Source of the DNA: an uncultured Anderseniella sp.
GTDB lineage: Bacteria > Pseudomonadota > Alphaproteobacteria > Rhizobiales > Aestuariivirgaceae
Assembly (NCBI GenBank): GCA_964390445.1
Contig: CAYMJJ010000002.1
Span: 7,057-71,056, forward strand
DNA length: 64,000 bases
Direction: 5' to 3'
In this document: in pieces, positions 19,694 through 30,226 of the stretch
Numbering within the stretch: position 1 is the stretch's first letter
Layout: every line of letters starts with the position of its first letter
Translations under genes and position numbers: made by a program
Notes under the pieces: model-generated
Database searches by the model: none
What the model was told of the DNA's origin: nothing
Seen by the model: the letters and a program-made list of their open reading frames with translations, nothing else

Positions 19694-21079
19694 CTAGCTG
19701 CGCAGGCCTTCCGTCTTGATCCACTGGGCAGTGTCGTTCAGCGCACCTTCATAGCGGTCGAACATCTCGTTGACTTCGCTCTCGGTCATGATCAGTGGCG
19801 GGCACAGGGCAATCGAGTCGACCATGGCGCGCACCATCAGGCCCCGGGCCTGGGCAAACTTCATCATCGTCGCACCGACCATCTTCTTCGGGTCGAACGA
19901 GGCTTTGGTTGCCTTGTTCTGGACAATCTCGGCGGCACCGATGAAGCCCTTGGTCCGCACATCGCCAATGAGTTCATGGTCCTTCAGCTTGTTGAAGCGG
20001 CCTTCAAACAGCGGCGACAGCTTGGCAACGTGCTCGACGATGCCGTCACGCTTGTAGATCTCCAGCGTCTTCAGGGCGACGGCGGCCGCCACCGGATGCG
20101 CGGTGTAGGTGTAGCCGTGGCCGAACACGCCGATCTTCTTCGACTGGTCAAGCATCGCCTGGTAGAGGTCTTCCTCGATGGTGATCCCGCCCAGCGGCAT
20201 GTAGGCCGAGGTGATCGCCTTGGCCATCGAGATCGAGTGCGGTTTCATGCCCATGGTTTCCGAGCCGAACCACTTGCCGGTGCGCCCGAAGCCGCAGATC
20301 ACTTCATCTGCGATGAAACGGATGTCGTACTTCTCGAGGATCGGCTGGATCTTGGCATAATAGCCTTCCGGCGGAATGATCACGCCACCCGCCCCCATGA
20401 TCGGCTCGGCGAAGAAACCGGCCGCCGTGTCGGGGCCTTCGCGGATGATCATGTCTTCAAGTTCTTGCGCACAGCGCGTGGCGAACTCTTCCTCGGTCTC
20501 GCCATCCTTGCCGAAGCGGTAATAGTGCGGGCACGAGGTGTGCATGATGTTGGCGATTGGCAGGTCGAAATCGGCATGCACCGGCGGCAGGCCGGTCAGC
20601 GATCCCGATGCCACGGTCACGCCATGATAGCCCTTGATGCGCGAGATCAACTTTTTCTTCTGCGGCTTGCCGCGGGCGTTGTTGTAATACCAGGTCAGCT
20701 TGACCTGCATGTCGTTGGCTTCCGAGCCGGACGAGCAGAACAAAAGCTTCGACGCCTCGCATGGCGCCAGTTCCTTCAGCGTCTCGGCCAGTTCGATGGC
20801 GAGGTCGTTGGACTTGCCGGCAAAGATGTGCGTATAGGGCAGCCGCTTCATCTGGCGCGCGGCAACCTCGACAATTTCCTCGTTGCCATAGCCCAGCGAC
20901 GTGCACCAAAGACCCGCCATGCCCTCGATGTATTCCTTGCCCTCGTTGTCGTAGACGTAGATGCCCTTGCCTTCATCGATGATCGTCGGGCCGGTCTCGC
21001 GGAACGACGACAGGTTGGTATAAGGGTGGATCAGTGTCTCGATGTCTCGCATCGCGAGGTTGGACAACGGCTTGCTCAT
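19694..21079 (-). CDS. Class III aminotransferase (omega-amino acid/polyamine:pyruvate type)
   Basis: GMAGLWC, SGSEAND, YHG, EPIMGAGG, DEVICGFGRTG, AKAITS, HGYTY. Confidence 0.93.
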   Translation of the reverse strand: MSKPLSNLAMRDIETLIHPYTNLSSFRETGPTIIDEGKGIYVYDNEGKEYIEGMAGLWCTSLGYGNEEIVEVAARQMKRLPYTHIFAGKSNDLAIELAETLKELAPCEASKLLFCSSGSEANDMQVKLTWYYNNARGKPQKKKLISRIKGYHGVTVASGSLTGLPPVHADFDLPIANIMHTSCPHYYRFGKDGETEEEFATRCAQELEDMIIREGPDTAAGFFAEPIMGAGGVIIPPEGYYAKIQPILEKYDIRFIADEVICGFGRTGKWFGSETMGMKPHSISMAKAITSAYMPLGGITIEEDLYQAMLDQSKKIGVFGHGYTYTAHPVAAAVALKTLEIYKRDGIVEHVAKLSPLFEGRFNKLKDHELIGDVRTKGFIGAAEIVQNKATKASFDPKKMVGATMMKFAQARGLMVRAMVDSIALCPPLIMTESEVNEMFDRYEGALNDTAQWIKTEGLRS

Positions 21080-21163
21080 GAGGGAAATACCTTTTGACTT
21101 GGTCGTGCTGCTGCGCAGGATCTTGCGAGCCTGCAATATGTCAGAAACAGAAGGGGCGGCACA

Positions 21164-22579
21164 ATGGCCGACAATGCACTGATTGAACAAACCGCGAATG
21201 CACTGGTTGCAGGGCTCAGGAAGGGTGATCTCAGCCCGCATGACCTGCTCGATGCGCTGGAGGCACGCATTGCCGAGGTGGATGGCAAGGTCAACGCCCT
21301 GCCCACGCTTTGTTTCGAACGTGCCCGCAAGCATGCCGATGAACTGATGCAGAAGCCGGTTGGCGAACGTGGCCTGCTGGCCGGTATGCCGGTGCCGATC
21401 AAGGACCTGGCCGATGTTGCCGGCGTGCGCTCGACGCACGGCTCGCTGATCTTCAAGGACACGGTGCCGGAGGTGTCGGATATTCTGGTCACCCATCTCG
21501 AAGCCGAAGGCGGCATCGTTTACGCAAAGTCCAACACGCCGGAATTCGGCGCAGGTGCCAACACCTTCAACGAGGTGTTCGGGCGTACGCTCAACCCGTG
21601 GAACACCTCGCGCTCGGCGGCGGGCTCGTCAGGTGGCTCTGCCGTGGCGCTGGCTACCGGCATGGCCTGGGTTGCGCATGGCTCGGACATGGGCGGCTCA
21701 TTGCGCAACCCTGCCTCGTTCAACTCGATCTGCGGCATGCGGCCGTCACCCGGCCGTGTCGCCACCACGCGCACCGGCAAGGTGGACGGCAACCTCGGCC
21801 AGGAAGGCCCGATGGCGCGCAACATCGAGGACCTGGCGCTTCTGTTCGACGCCATGTGCGGCGAGGAGCCGGGCGACCCGGTGTCAAAGCCGCGCCCCGC
21901 GACCAGTTACCTGGATCAGGCGCGTTCCGGCTGGAAGCCGAAGAAGGTTGCCTTCTCGCGCGACCTCGGCATCACGCCCGTCGATCCGGAAGTGGCCCGC
22001 ATTGTTGAAGAAGCAGCACACCGCTTCGAGGACGCAGGCGTCCTCGTGGAACATGCCTGCCCTGACCTGTCGGAAGCGCACGAGTGCTTCCAGACATTGC
22101 GCGCGCTGTCGTTTGCCACCGGCATGAAGCCGCTGCTCGATGCCCACCGCGACAAGCTCAAGCCTGAAGTGATCTGGAACATCGAGAAGGGGCTTGCCCT
22201 TACCGCCGATGATATCGTCAAGGCCGACCACCAGCGCGCCGCCATGTTCCACCGCACGCTTGAATTCTTTGATACTTACGATTTGCTGTTGTGCCCGGCC
22301 ACCATCGTGTCGCCATTCCCTGTTGAAAACCGCTACGTGGAAGAGTGCTACGGCCACAAGTTCGACACCTATATCGACTGGCTTGGCATCGTCTACGCCA
22401 TCACTAATGTCTGCTCACCGGCGCTCAGCCTGCCGGCAGGCTTCACTGCCGAAGACCTGCCAGTTGGCATCCAGGTGATCGGCCGCCCGGGCAGCGACGG
22501 CCAGCTTCTGGCGGGTGCCAGACTGCTGGAGGACATCCTCGGGATAGCAAGCAAGGTGCCGATTGATCCGCGCGCATGA
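21164..22579 (+). CDS. Amidase signature family enzyme
   Basis: IKDL, KSNTPEFG, GSSGGS, GSDMGGSLRNPAS. Confidence 0.94.
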   Translation: MADNALIEQTANALVAGLRKGDLSPHDLLDALEARIAEVDGKVNALPTLCFERARKHADELMQKPVGERGLLAGMPVPIKDLADVAGVRSTHGSLIFKDTVPEVSDILVTHLEAEGGIVYAKSNTPEFGAGANTFNEVFGRTLNPWNTSRSAAGSSGGSAVALATGMAWVAHGSDMGGSLRNPASFNSICGMRPSPGRVATTRTGKVDGNLGQEGPMARNIEDLALLFDAMCGEEPGDPVSKPRPATSYLDQARSGWKPKKVAFSRDLGITPVDPEVARIVEEAAHRFEDAGVLVEHACPDLSEAHECFQTLRALSFATGMKPLLDAHRDKLKPEVIWNIEKGLALTADDIVKADHQRAAMFHRTLEFFDTYDLLLCPATIVSPFPVENRYVEECYGHKFDTYIDWLGIVYAITNVCSPALSLPAGFTAEDLPVGIQVIGRPGSDGQLLAGARLLEDILGIASKVPIDPRA

Positions 22580-22636
22580 GCCGCTAGTATCGGCCATCAA
22601 GAGAACAAGCGCACCCGTGGGTGCAGAGGAAACGAC

Positions 22637-24271
22637 ATGCTGGGATTGATGCAGGACTGGCCGCTGCTTGTGCATACCGTTCTTGACCACGCTGCACGCT
22701 GGCACGGCACTGCCGAGATCGTGTCGCGCCGGGTGGAAGGTGACATTTCGCGCACCACCTACGCCGATCTGAACCTGCGGGCCCGTGCGCTGGCCTCGGC
22801 TGCGCAAGAGCGGCTGGGCCTGAAGCTGGGCGACGTGGTGTGCACCATGTCGTGGAACGGCTACCGGCATCTTGAAACCTGGTACGGCATCATGGGGCTG
22901 GGCTGCGTGGTCCACACGCTCAACCCGCGCCTGTTTGCTGACCAGCTCGTCTACGTGATCAACCACGGCGAAGGCAAATGGGTGTTTCTCGACCTCACCT
23001 TCTTGCCGATCCTCGAAGCGGTGCGTGACAAGCTGCCCAAAGTGAAGGGCTATGTCGTCATGACCGACGGTGCGCACATGCCCGAAACCACGCTGGAAAA
23101 CGTGATCGTCTACGAAGAGCTTGTCGCATCCGGTGACAACATTTTTGTCTGGCCCCGCTTCGACGAGAACACCGCCTGCGGCATGTGCTACACCTCCGGC
23201 ACCACCGGCAACCCGAAGGGCGTGGTCTATTCGCACCGTTCCAACGTGCTGCATGCGCTCAGCTCGTGCGCCGGCGATGCACTTGGCATTTCAAGCACCG
23301 ATGTGTGGATGCCGGTCGTACCGATGTTCCATGCCAACGCCTGGTCGCTGGCCTTCTCGGTGCCGATGGGCGGCGCCAAGATGGTGATGCCCGGCCCGCG
23401 CATGGACGGCGAGGCGATCTATGAGTTGCTTGACAGTGAGAAGGTCACCTCGACCGCTGCCGTGCCGACCGTGTGGCTGATGCTGCTGCAGTACCTCGAG
23501 CAGAACCCCGACCTGAGGCTCCCGCACCTCAAGAAGGTCGTGATCGGCGGCTCGGCCTGCCCGGAGGCGATGATGCGCGCCTTCGAGGAGAAGTACGACA
23601 CGCAGGTCATCCACGCCTGGGGCATGACTGAAATGTCGCCGCTCGGCTCGTTGGGCAACCGCAAGGGAACACTCTCCCGCCTCAGCGATGCTGAATGGTG
23701 GAAGTACAAGCTCAAGCAGGGCCGGCCGCCCTACTCGGTGGAGATGAAGATCACCGATGACGAAGGCCGCGACCTGCCGCACGACGGCAAGACCTTTGGC
23801 CGGCTCAAGGTGCGTGGTCCTGCGGTGGCAAGGTCCTATGCCAAGGGAGATGGTGCCGACGCCTTCGATACCGAAGGCTGGTTCGACACGGGCGACGTCT
23901 CGACCCTCGACGAGCATGGCTACATGCAGATCACCGACCGCTCGAAGGACGTCATCAAGTCGGGTGGAGAGTGGATTTCATCCATCGACCTGGAAAACGC
24001 GGCGGTCGGTTGCCCCGGCGTGGCCGAGGCGGCAGCCATCGGCATGGCGCATCCGAAGTGGGATGAACGCCCGCTGCTGGTTATTGTGAAAAAGACCGGT
24101 GCCGAGGTGACCAGGGATGCCGTGCTGGCGCACCTGGAAGGCAGGATCGCCAAGTGGTGGATGCCGGATGATGTGCAGTTCGTCGACGAGATACCGCACA
24201 CCGCCACCGGCAAGATTTCCAAGCTTACCTTGCGCGAGCAGTTCAGGGATTACGTTCTGCCGACGGTTTGA
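22637..24271 (+). CDS. Acyl-CoA ligase, 3-(methylthio)propionyl-CoA ligase (DmdB)-like
   Basis: [11 protein letters not shown]-terminus, [34 protein letters not shown]. Confidence 0.9.
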   Translation: MLGLMQDWPLLVHTVLDHAARWHGTAEIVSRRVEGDISRTTYADLNLRARALASAAQERLGLKLGDVVCTMSWNGYRHLETWYGIMGLGCVVHTLNPRLFADQLVYVINHGEGKWVFLDLTFLPILEAVRDKLPKVKGYVVMTDGAHMPETTLENVIVYEELVASGDNIFVWPRFDENTACGMCYTSGTTGNPKGVVYSHRSNVLHALSSCAGDALGISSTDVWMPVVPMFHANAWSLAFSVPMGGAKMVMPGPRMDGEAIYELLDSEKVTSTAAVPTVWLMLLQYLEQNPDLRLPHLKKVVIGGSACPEAMMRAFEEKYDTQVIHAWGMTEMSPLGSLGNRKGTLSRLSDAEWWKYKLKQGRPPYSVEMKITDDEGRDLPHDGKTFGRLKVRGPAVARSYAKGDGADAFDTEGWFDTGDVSTLDEHGYMQITDRSKDVIKSGGEWISSIDLENAAVGCPGVAEAAAIGMAHPKWDERPLLVIVKKTGAEVTRDAVLAHLEGRIAKWWMPDDVQFVDEIPHTATGKISKLTLREQFRDYVLPTV

Positions 24272-24283
24272 TGAGGCTGCTGG

Positions 24284-25222
24284 TCAGTCCTGCCTGAGAA
24301 ACTCGATCACCGGCGCGATGGACGTGTCGGGTACTTCTTCCTGCGGCACATGGCCCGCGTCCGGCAACCGCACGAGCCGGGCATCGGGCAGGGCACCCAG
24401 GTAGTCGGCGGCATTGCTGATCGGGATCATCTGGTCCTTCTCGCCCCATACCAAAAGCACCGGCATAGTGATCTTGCGCAATAGTGGCTCGGGCGGCTGC
24501 AGCACGGTCTGGCGCATGCGGGCGAGGATGGCCCCGCGTGAACCTGGTGCCCGCATCAGCCCGTAGTATCGCTCGAACGTCTCTTCGCTCAGCTTGGAGG
24601 GATCGGCATATGCAGCCGCAAGGCTGGATCGCAGAAACCGCTTTGGCAGCACGTATTGGGCAGCATCCAGCAGGCTCGGCACCTCTGGCGGCTTGCCATA
24701 CTCGAACCCGTTGCTGGCAAAGCCGTCTGGCGATACCAGCACCAGTTTCGAAACCCGCTCCTGGTGGGTAGCGGCCAACAGCCACGCGATGCGCCCGCCG
24801 AGCGAACTGCCGATCAGGCTGACCCGCTCCATACCGAGTGTGTCCATCAGCGCCAGCAGCACTTCAACCGTGCGCTCATCGGAATAATCTCCCGCCGGAT
24901 CAAGCCCCGACAGCGCATTGCCCGGCAAGTCCAGCGTGATTACCCGGAAGTCGCGCTCCAGTGCCTTCGCCCAGCCATCCCATGTTTGCAGGTGCGAGGC
25001 CGTGCCATGCACAAGCATGACGGCGGGCGCAGACTTGTCGCCCCGGTCACGTACGTGAAGCCGGATGCCAGATACATCCACCAGGTCGCCGGGCTGTTCG
25101 AGGTACTGCGCCTCAAGCGTGCTGCGCGGCAGGTCCGGCGTCCACGCCCACAGTATCAGCAGCACAAGTCCGGTGGCGAGTAGCGCCAGGATAGTCATCA
25201 CCATGCGCTTGCCTACCTTCAT
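24284..25222 (-). CDS. Alpha/beta hydrolase with N-terminal membrane anchor
   Basis: HG oxyanion motif, GSSLGG nucleophile elbow, GEKD, AGHVPQEE. Confidence 0.9.
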   Translation of the reverse strand: MKVGKRMVMTILALLATGLVLLILWAWTPDLPRSTLEAQYLEQPGDLVDVSGIRLHVRDRGDKSAPAVMLVHGTASHLQTWDGWAKALERDFRVITLDLPGNALSGLDPAGDYSDERTVEVLLALMDTLGMERVSLIGSSLGGRIAWLLAATHQERVSKLVLVSPDGFASNGFEYGKPPEVPSLLDAAQYVLPKRFLRSSLAAAYADPSKLSEETFERYYGLMRAPGSRGAILARMRQTVLQPPEPLLRKITMPVLLVWGEKDQMIPISNAADYLGALPDARLVRLPDAGHVPQEEVPDTSIAPVIEFLRQD

Positions 25223-26136
25223 GCCGCTTCGTACTCGGTGTCCAGCGCCAGCGGTCCGTGGGCGGTCACCAGGTCCTGCTCGATGAGATGTTCGACATGG
25301 GCAAGGGTGGATAGCGCAGCGGCTGCGTGCAGTTTCGGATCGACGTTGGCGTAGACCTGCCTGACGACGCCCATGATCGTGCGCTCGCCGTCCTTGAGCC
25401 GTTGCAGCACTGCCTTCTCGCGCATCTGGCGATGGCCCAGGAATGCACGGACAAAGCGTTGCGGGTCGCGCCGTTCGGGGCCGTGGCCTGGCAGGTAGAC
25501 CCGGTCCTGTTCGCGCGCCATCAAGGTGCGCAGCGACTGGAAATAGTCCGCCATGTGTCCGTCCGGCGGGGCAATCACCGATGTGGACCAGGCCATTACG
25601 TGATCGCCGGAAAACAGGGTTTGTTCCTGCGGCAGGGCGAATGCCATGTGGTTGGAACAGTGGCCGGGCGTGAACACGCTTTCCAGCGACCAGCCGTCGC
25701 CTTCGATCACGTCGCCGTGGCCGATGTTGACATCAGGCGTGAATTCATGGTCGCCGGCTGCATCGAGCGTGATGTCGCCGGAGGTGATGGCCTTGGCAGC
25801 CCGGCCCGAACCGTGCGGGCCATAGCCCCAGGTCCTGGCACCGGTGGCCTTTTGCAGCCGCCGCGTCAGGGGCGAGTGATCGCGGTGGGTGTGGGTAATG
25901 ACGATGTGCGTGACGGTCTCGCCGCGCACTGCATCCAGCAGGGCAGCAAGATGGTCCTCGTCCTCGGGACCGGGATCGATGATGGCAACCTTGCTGCGCC
26001 CGACGATGTAGCTGTTGGTGCCCTTGAAGGTGAACGGGCCGGGATTGTTGCAGGTGACGCGGCGCACCAGCGCGCTGACCTCAACGGCGTCGCCGTGGGC
26101 GGCATCGAAGCTGTGGTTGAAATCTAGCTCACTCAT
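25219..26136 (-). CDS. MBL-fold metallo-hydrolase (LACTB2-like)
   Basis: NPGPFTFKGTN, THTHRDH, TPGHCSNH, SGDH, PGHG. Confidence 0.92.
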   Translation of the reverse strand: MSELDFNHSFDAAHGDAVEVSALVRRVTCNNPGPFTFKGTNSYIVGRSKVAIIDPGPEDEDHLAALLDAVRGETVTHIVITHTHRDHSPLTRRLQKATGARTWGYGPHGSGRAAKAITSGDITLDAAGDHEFTPDVNIGHGDVIEGDGWSLESVFTPGHCSNHMAFALPQEQTLFSGDHVMAWSTSVIAPPDGHMADYFQSLRTLMAREQDRVYLPGHGPERRDPQRFVRAFLGHRQMREKAVLQRLKDGERTIMGVVRQVYANVDPKLHAAAALSTLAHVEHLIEQDLVTAHGPLALDTEYEAA

Positions 26137-26231
26137 GTGGACGCGGTACTCAACGGCAGTTGCAGGCGTGGCCAAAGGCTAATAAAGCTATTCATCACCA
26201 TATCAAGCGCCAACGGACAAGGGGCCTCGCC

Positions 26232-26820
26232 ATGCAGCCAGCAGCCATCACCATGCCTACACTCACCCAGTCGCTTCTGGGCCAAGGCGGACGCCTCGGC
26301 ATCATGCGTGCTGTCCTGCTGGCTGTTGCGGGGTCATTGCTGCTGTGGGCGTCGGCCAAGGTGCAGGTGCCGTTCTGGCCGGTGCCGCTGACCATGCAGA
26401 CGTTCGTGGTGCTGGGCCTTGGGGCAGCATTCGGCTGGCGCCTCGGCATGGCAACGGTTGCGCTCTATCTGCTGCAAGGCGCAATCGGCCTGCCGGTCTT
26501 TGCCGGTACGCCTGAAAAAGGCATCGGCCTTCTGTACATGGCTGGTCCGACCGGCGGCTACCTGGCAGGCTTCGTGCTGGCCGCCGGCATCACCGGCTGG
26601 CTGGCCGAGCGCGGCTTCGACCGCAACGTACTGACCATGGGCCTTGCCATGCTGGCCGGCACCGTGGCGATCTATGCGCTGGGCCTTGGTTGGCTCGCCA
26701 CGCTGATCGGTGCGGAAAAGGCGGTTGAGTTTGGCCTGTTGCCGTTCATCCCCGGCGACATTGCCAAGCTGGTGCTGGCAGCCATTGTTTTTCCGGCTGC
26801 CTGGAAACTGATCAAGCGGC

Positions 26821-26828
<8 letters not shown>
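26232..26828 (+). CDS. bioY: Biotin transporter BioY
   Basis: PVPLTMQT, GLPVFAG, GPTGGYL, PFIPGD. Confidence 0.94.
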
Positions 26829-28026
<1,198 letters not shown>

Positions 28027-28027
28027 G

Positions 28028-29761
28028 CTACACCTCGTACCCGAACTTTTCTGCCCACGGAGCCAGCAACGGCAGTGCCGGGGCCATCTGCTCGCCATAG
28101 CGCTGCCACCGGCCGCTGGCACTGGTATAAAGCGGCCGGGTGACCTGGTTGAAGCTAGGCGTGTTGATGCGTCCGCGCGTCTTTGCTGTCTCGATATAGT
28201 CACGCACACCGTCTTCCCAATCCAGCTGCAGAAACTCCATCAGCGGCGCAATGGTGTCGTCGAACGAGGTGATCAGGTCTTCGTAGCGCAGGCTGTGGAC
28301 CCGCAATGGCAGCACCTCGCGATACTGCTGCCATAGTGAGAACGTCGCATCATAGAACCGCGCAGCCTGCTCGATCTCGACGAAGTTCGACATTGCCGCA
28401 TTGAGCTTGAACCGCTGCATGAAGCAGCTCAGCACGCAATCGCACGGGTGGCGCAGCGCAAGGATGAATTTTGCCCGCGGAAACAGCCGGTGTACCAGCC
28501 CCGCGTCCAGCATCGACAGCGGCATCTTGTTGACCAGGATGTCGGAGGTGTCTCCGGCCGGCCGGTGCTTTTCCTGCGCCGACAGGTAAGCCTCCTGCAG
28601 GCTGGTCAATTGTGCAGGTGTCAGGCCGGCAAGCCCCGTGGTCTCCTCGCCCAGCATGTTGCGCGCCGCCAGCATGGCAGCGGTGGTGACGGGCTGTTCC
28701 TCCAGCACCGAAACGCGTGAGTGGCTGCGCAGGATGGTATCCAGCAAGGTGGTGCCGGAACGTGGGAACCCGACCAGCAGCACAGGTTCGGCGTGCGAAT
28801 GTTCGCCTTCGTGCGGCGTCCAGTTGGCATACCACCCGGGCGTGAAGGCCGCAGCGCGGTCGCGCAGCCGCTGCAGGTAGGTTTCGCGTTCCTGAAGCCG
28901 GCCACCGTAGCGGTCCAGGCTGATACGGTTGGCAAGGGTGAACTGCTCGAACGCCTTTGCCGTGGCATTTTGCTGGTCGTGCAGCTTGCCCAGCAGTTCC
29001 GCGTGGGTGGCCGCAAAGTCCGCGCCGTGATCATGCGGAGCCGCGATGCTATCCAGCATCGCAATGGCGTTTGCCACCTGGCCTTCCTCGCGCATGACGT
29101 GGGCTTGCGACAGCAGCACGACATGATGCTGGTTGCCCAGCGCCTGCGACGCCCGTCCGATCAGGTCCTTGAGGCCGGGCAGGTCATTGCGCCTGCGCTT
29201 GCCATCGAACAGCACGGCCCACACCCGCTCGTCCTGCGGTGTCCGCGCGATCAGCCCCTGGGCCAGGGTTTCGGCTTCTTCCTGCTGGTCTTCGCCGGTC
29301 AGGCACAACACCAGCCCCAGCGCTGCGGTCTCGTGGTCCGGCTGGATCGCCAGTACCTGCCGGAAGCCCTCGATGGCCCGCTCGAACTGGCTGATCTCCT
29401 GAAAGCTGAGCGCCAGGTTGTGCAACACATCCACGTCACGCGGTGCCAGTGATCTGGCCAGCTGCAGCGCGTCGATGGCATCCTTGTAGCGGCCCAGCCT
29501 GCGCAGGGCATTTCCCAGATTGTAGTGTGCATCCACCATTCGGGGGTCAAGCCGGAGCGCGGCGCGCGCGGCCGTTTCTGCCTCGGCAAGCTGGCCGGCG
29601 GTTTCAGCTGCGGCAGACAGCACGTTCTGGGCTATGGCTGAACCAGGCGCGGCCTGCGCCACCTGCCGTGCCAGATGCAGGCTTTGCTGCAACTGGCCGG
29701 TCTCGTTCAGGCGCACCACGTGGGCCAGCGCGGCTTCCAGTGTCATCTTCTGTTTGGCCAT
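28028..29761 (-). CDS. TPR-repeat sulfotransferase
   Basis: N-terminal TPRs (AHYNLGNAL), PAPS-binding GFPRSGTTLL, RHPCD, RYEDL, TPSFNQV. Confidence 0.9.
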   Translation of the reverse strand: MAKQKMTLEAALAHVVRLNETGQLQQSLHLARQVAQAAPGSAIAQNVLSAAAETAGQLAEAETAARAALRLDPRMVDAHYNLGNALRRLGRYKDAIDALQLARSLAPRDVDVLHNLALSFQEISQFERAIEGFRQVLAIQPDHETAALGLVLCLTGEDQQEEAETLAQGLIARTPQDERVWAVLFDGKRRRNDLPGLKDLIGRASQALGNQHHVVLLSQAHVMREEGQVANAIAMLDSIAAPHDHGADFAATHAELLGKLHDQQNATAKAFEQFTLANRISLDRYGGRLQERETYLQRLRDRAAAFTPGWYANWTPHEGEHSHAEPVLLVGFPRSGTTLLDTILRSHSRVSVLEEQPVTTAAMLAARNMLGEETTGLAGLTPAQLTSLQEAYLSAQEKHRPAGDTSDILVNKMPLSMLDAGLVHRLFPRAKFILALRHPCDCVLSCFMQRFKLNAAMSNFVEIEQAARFYDATFSLWQQYREVLPLRVHSLRYEDLITSFDDTIAPLMEFLQLDWEDGVRDYIETAKTRGRINTPSFNQVTRPLYTSASGRWQRYGEQMAPALPLLAPWAEKFGYEV

Positions 29762-29801
29762 AATGATCGTCCGTCATGCTTGTTGTCAGCAACTTGGTAG
29801 C

Positions 29802-29827
29802 GGAACACGGCGATGTGCGAAAGCATT
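29802..29827 (+). promoter_or_regulatory. Sigma-EcfG-type promoter (GGAAC-N17-CATT)
   Basis: GGAAC acggcgatgtgcgaaag CATT, about 75 bp upstream of the ORF at 29902. Confidence 0.6.
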
Positions 29828-29901
29828 GGCTTCACTGGGAAAAAAGCCGCCGCATGCGTTTTATAACGGAACTGTTTGACCCTCTGAGCCGTTTTCTCCG
29901 C

Positions 29902-30144
29902 ATGAAACAGTTCATCAGGATAACCACACTGCCGCTTGCTGCCGCCGCCCTTGTCATCACGGGTCTTGCGGTATCTCAAGCACCAGAAGGTGATATTCTG
30001 GTACAAAACAGTGGTCAGACGATCATCTACAAGGATCCTGATGGTGCCTGGCCTGGAAACAGTAAGCGGGCTGGTCCGAACCAGTATACCCATTACGAGT
30101 TGCCCGTGCCGCCCAGGCCGTCAACCAGGGGTCACTGGATTTAA
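29902..30144 (+). CDS. Hypothetical small secreted protein (80 aa)
   Basis: MKQFIRITTLPLAAAALVITGLAVSQA signal-peptide-like start; EcfG motif upstream; no family recognised. Confidence 0.55.
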   Translation: MKQFIRITTLPLAAAALVITGLAVSQAPEGDILVQNSGQTIIYKDPDGAWPGNSKRAGPNQYTHYELPVPPRPSTRGHWI

Positions 30145-30226
30145 CCTGATTGTCACTGCCGGTTATGGCAGTAAGGGGATCTTCCGGCTATCGTGCTGAA
30201 CAGTATCTGGTGTACATGAGGCCAGC

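Noticed and set aside
21080-21496. Extended N-termini in the ORF track for the aminotransferase, and likewise fabI, the Rieske oxygenase and EF-G2
   Set aside because: The extensions overlap divergent genes or intergenic DNA; downstream starts match the family N-termini.
22261-22295. Short AT-rich patch inside the amidase gene containing GATAC
   Set aside because: It lacks the TGYATC half-site at the N7 spacing and is too short to separate from noise.
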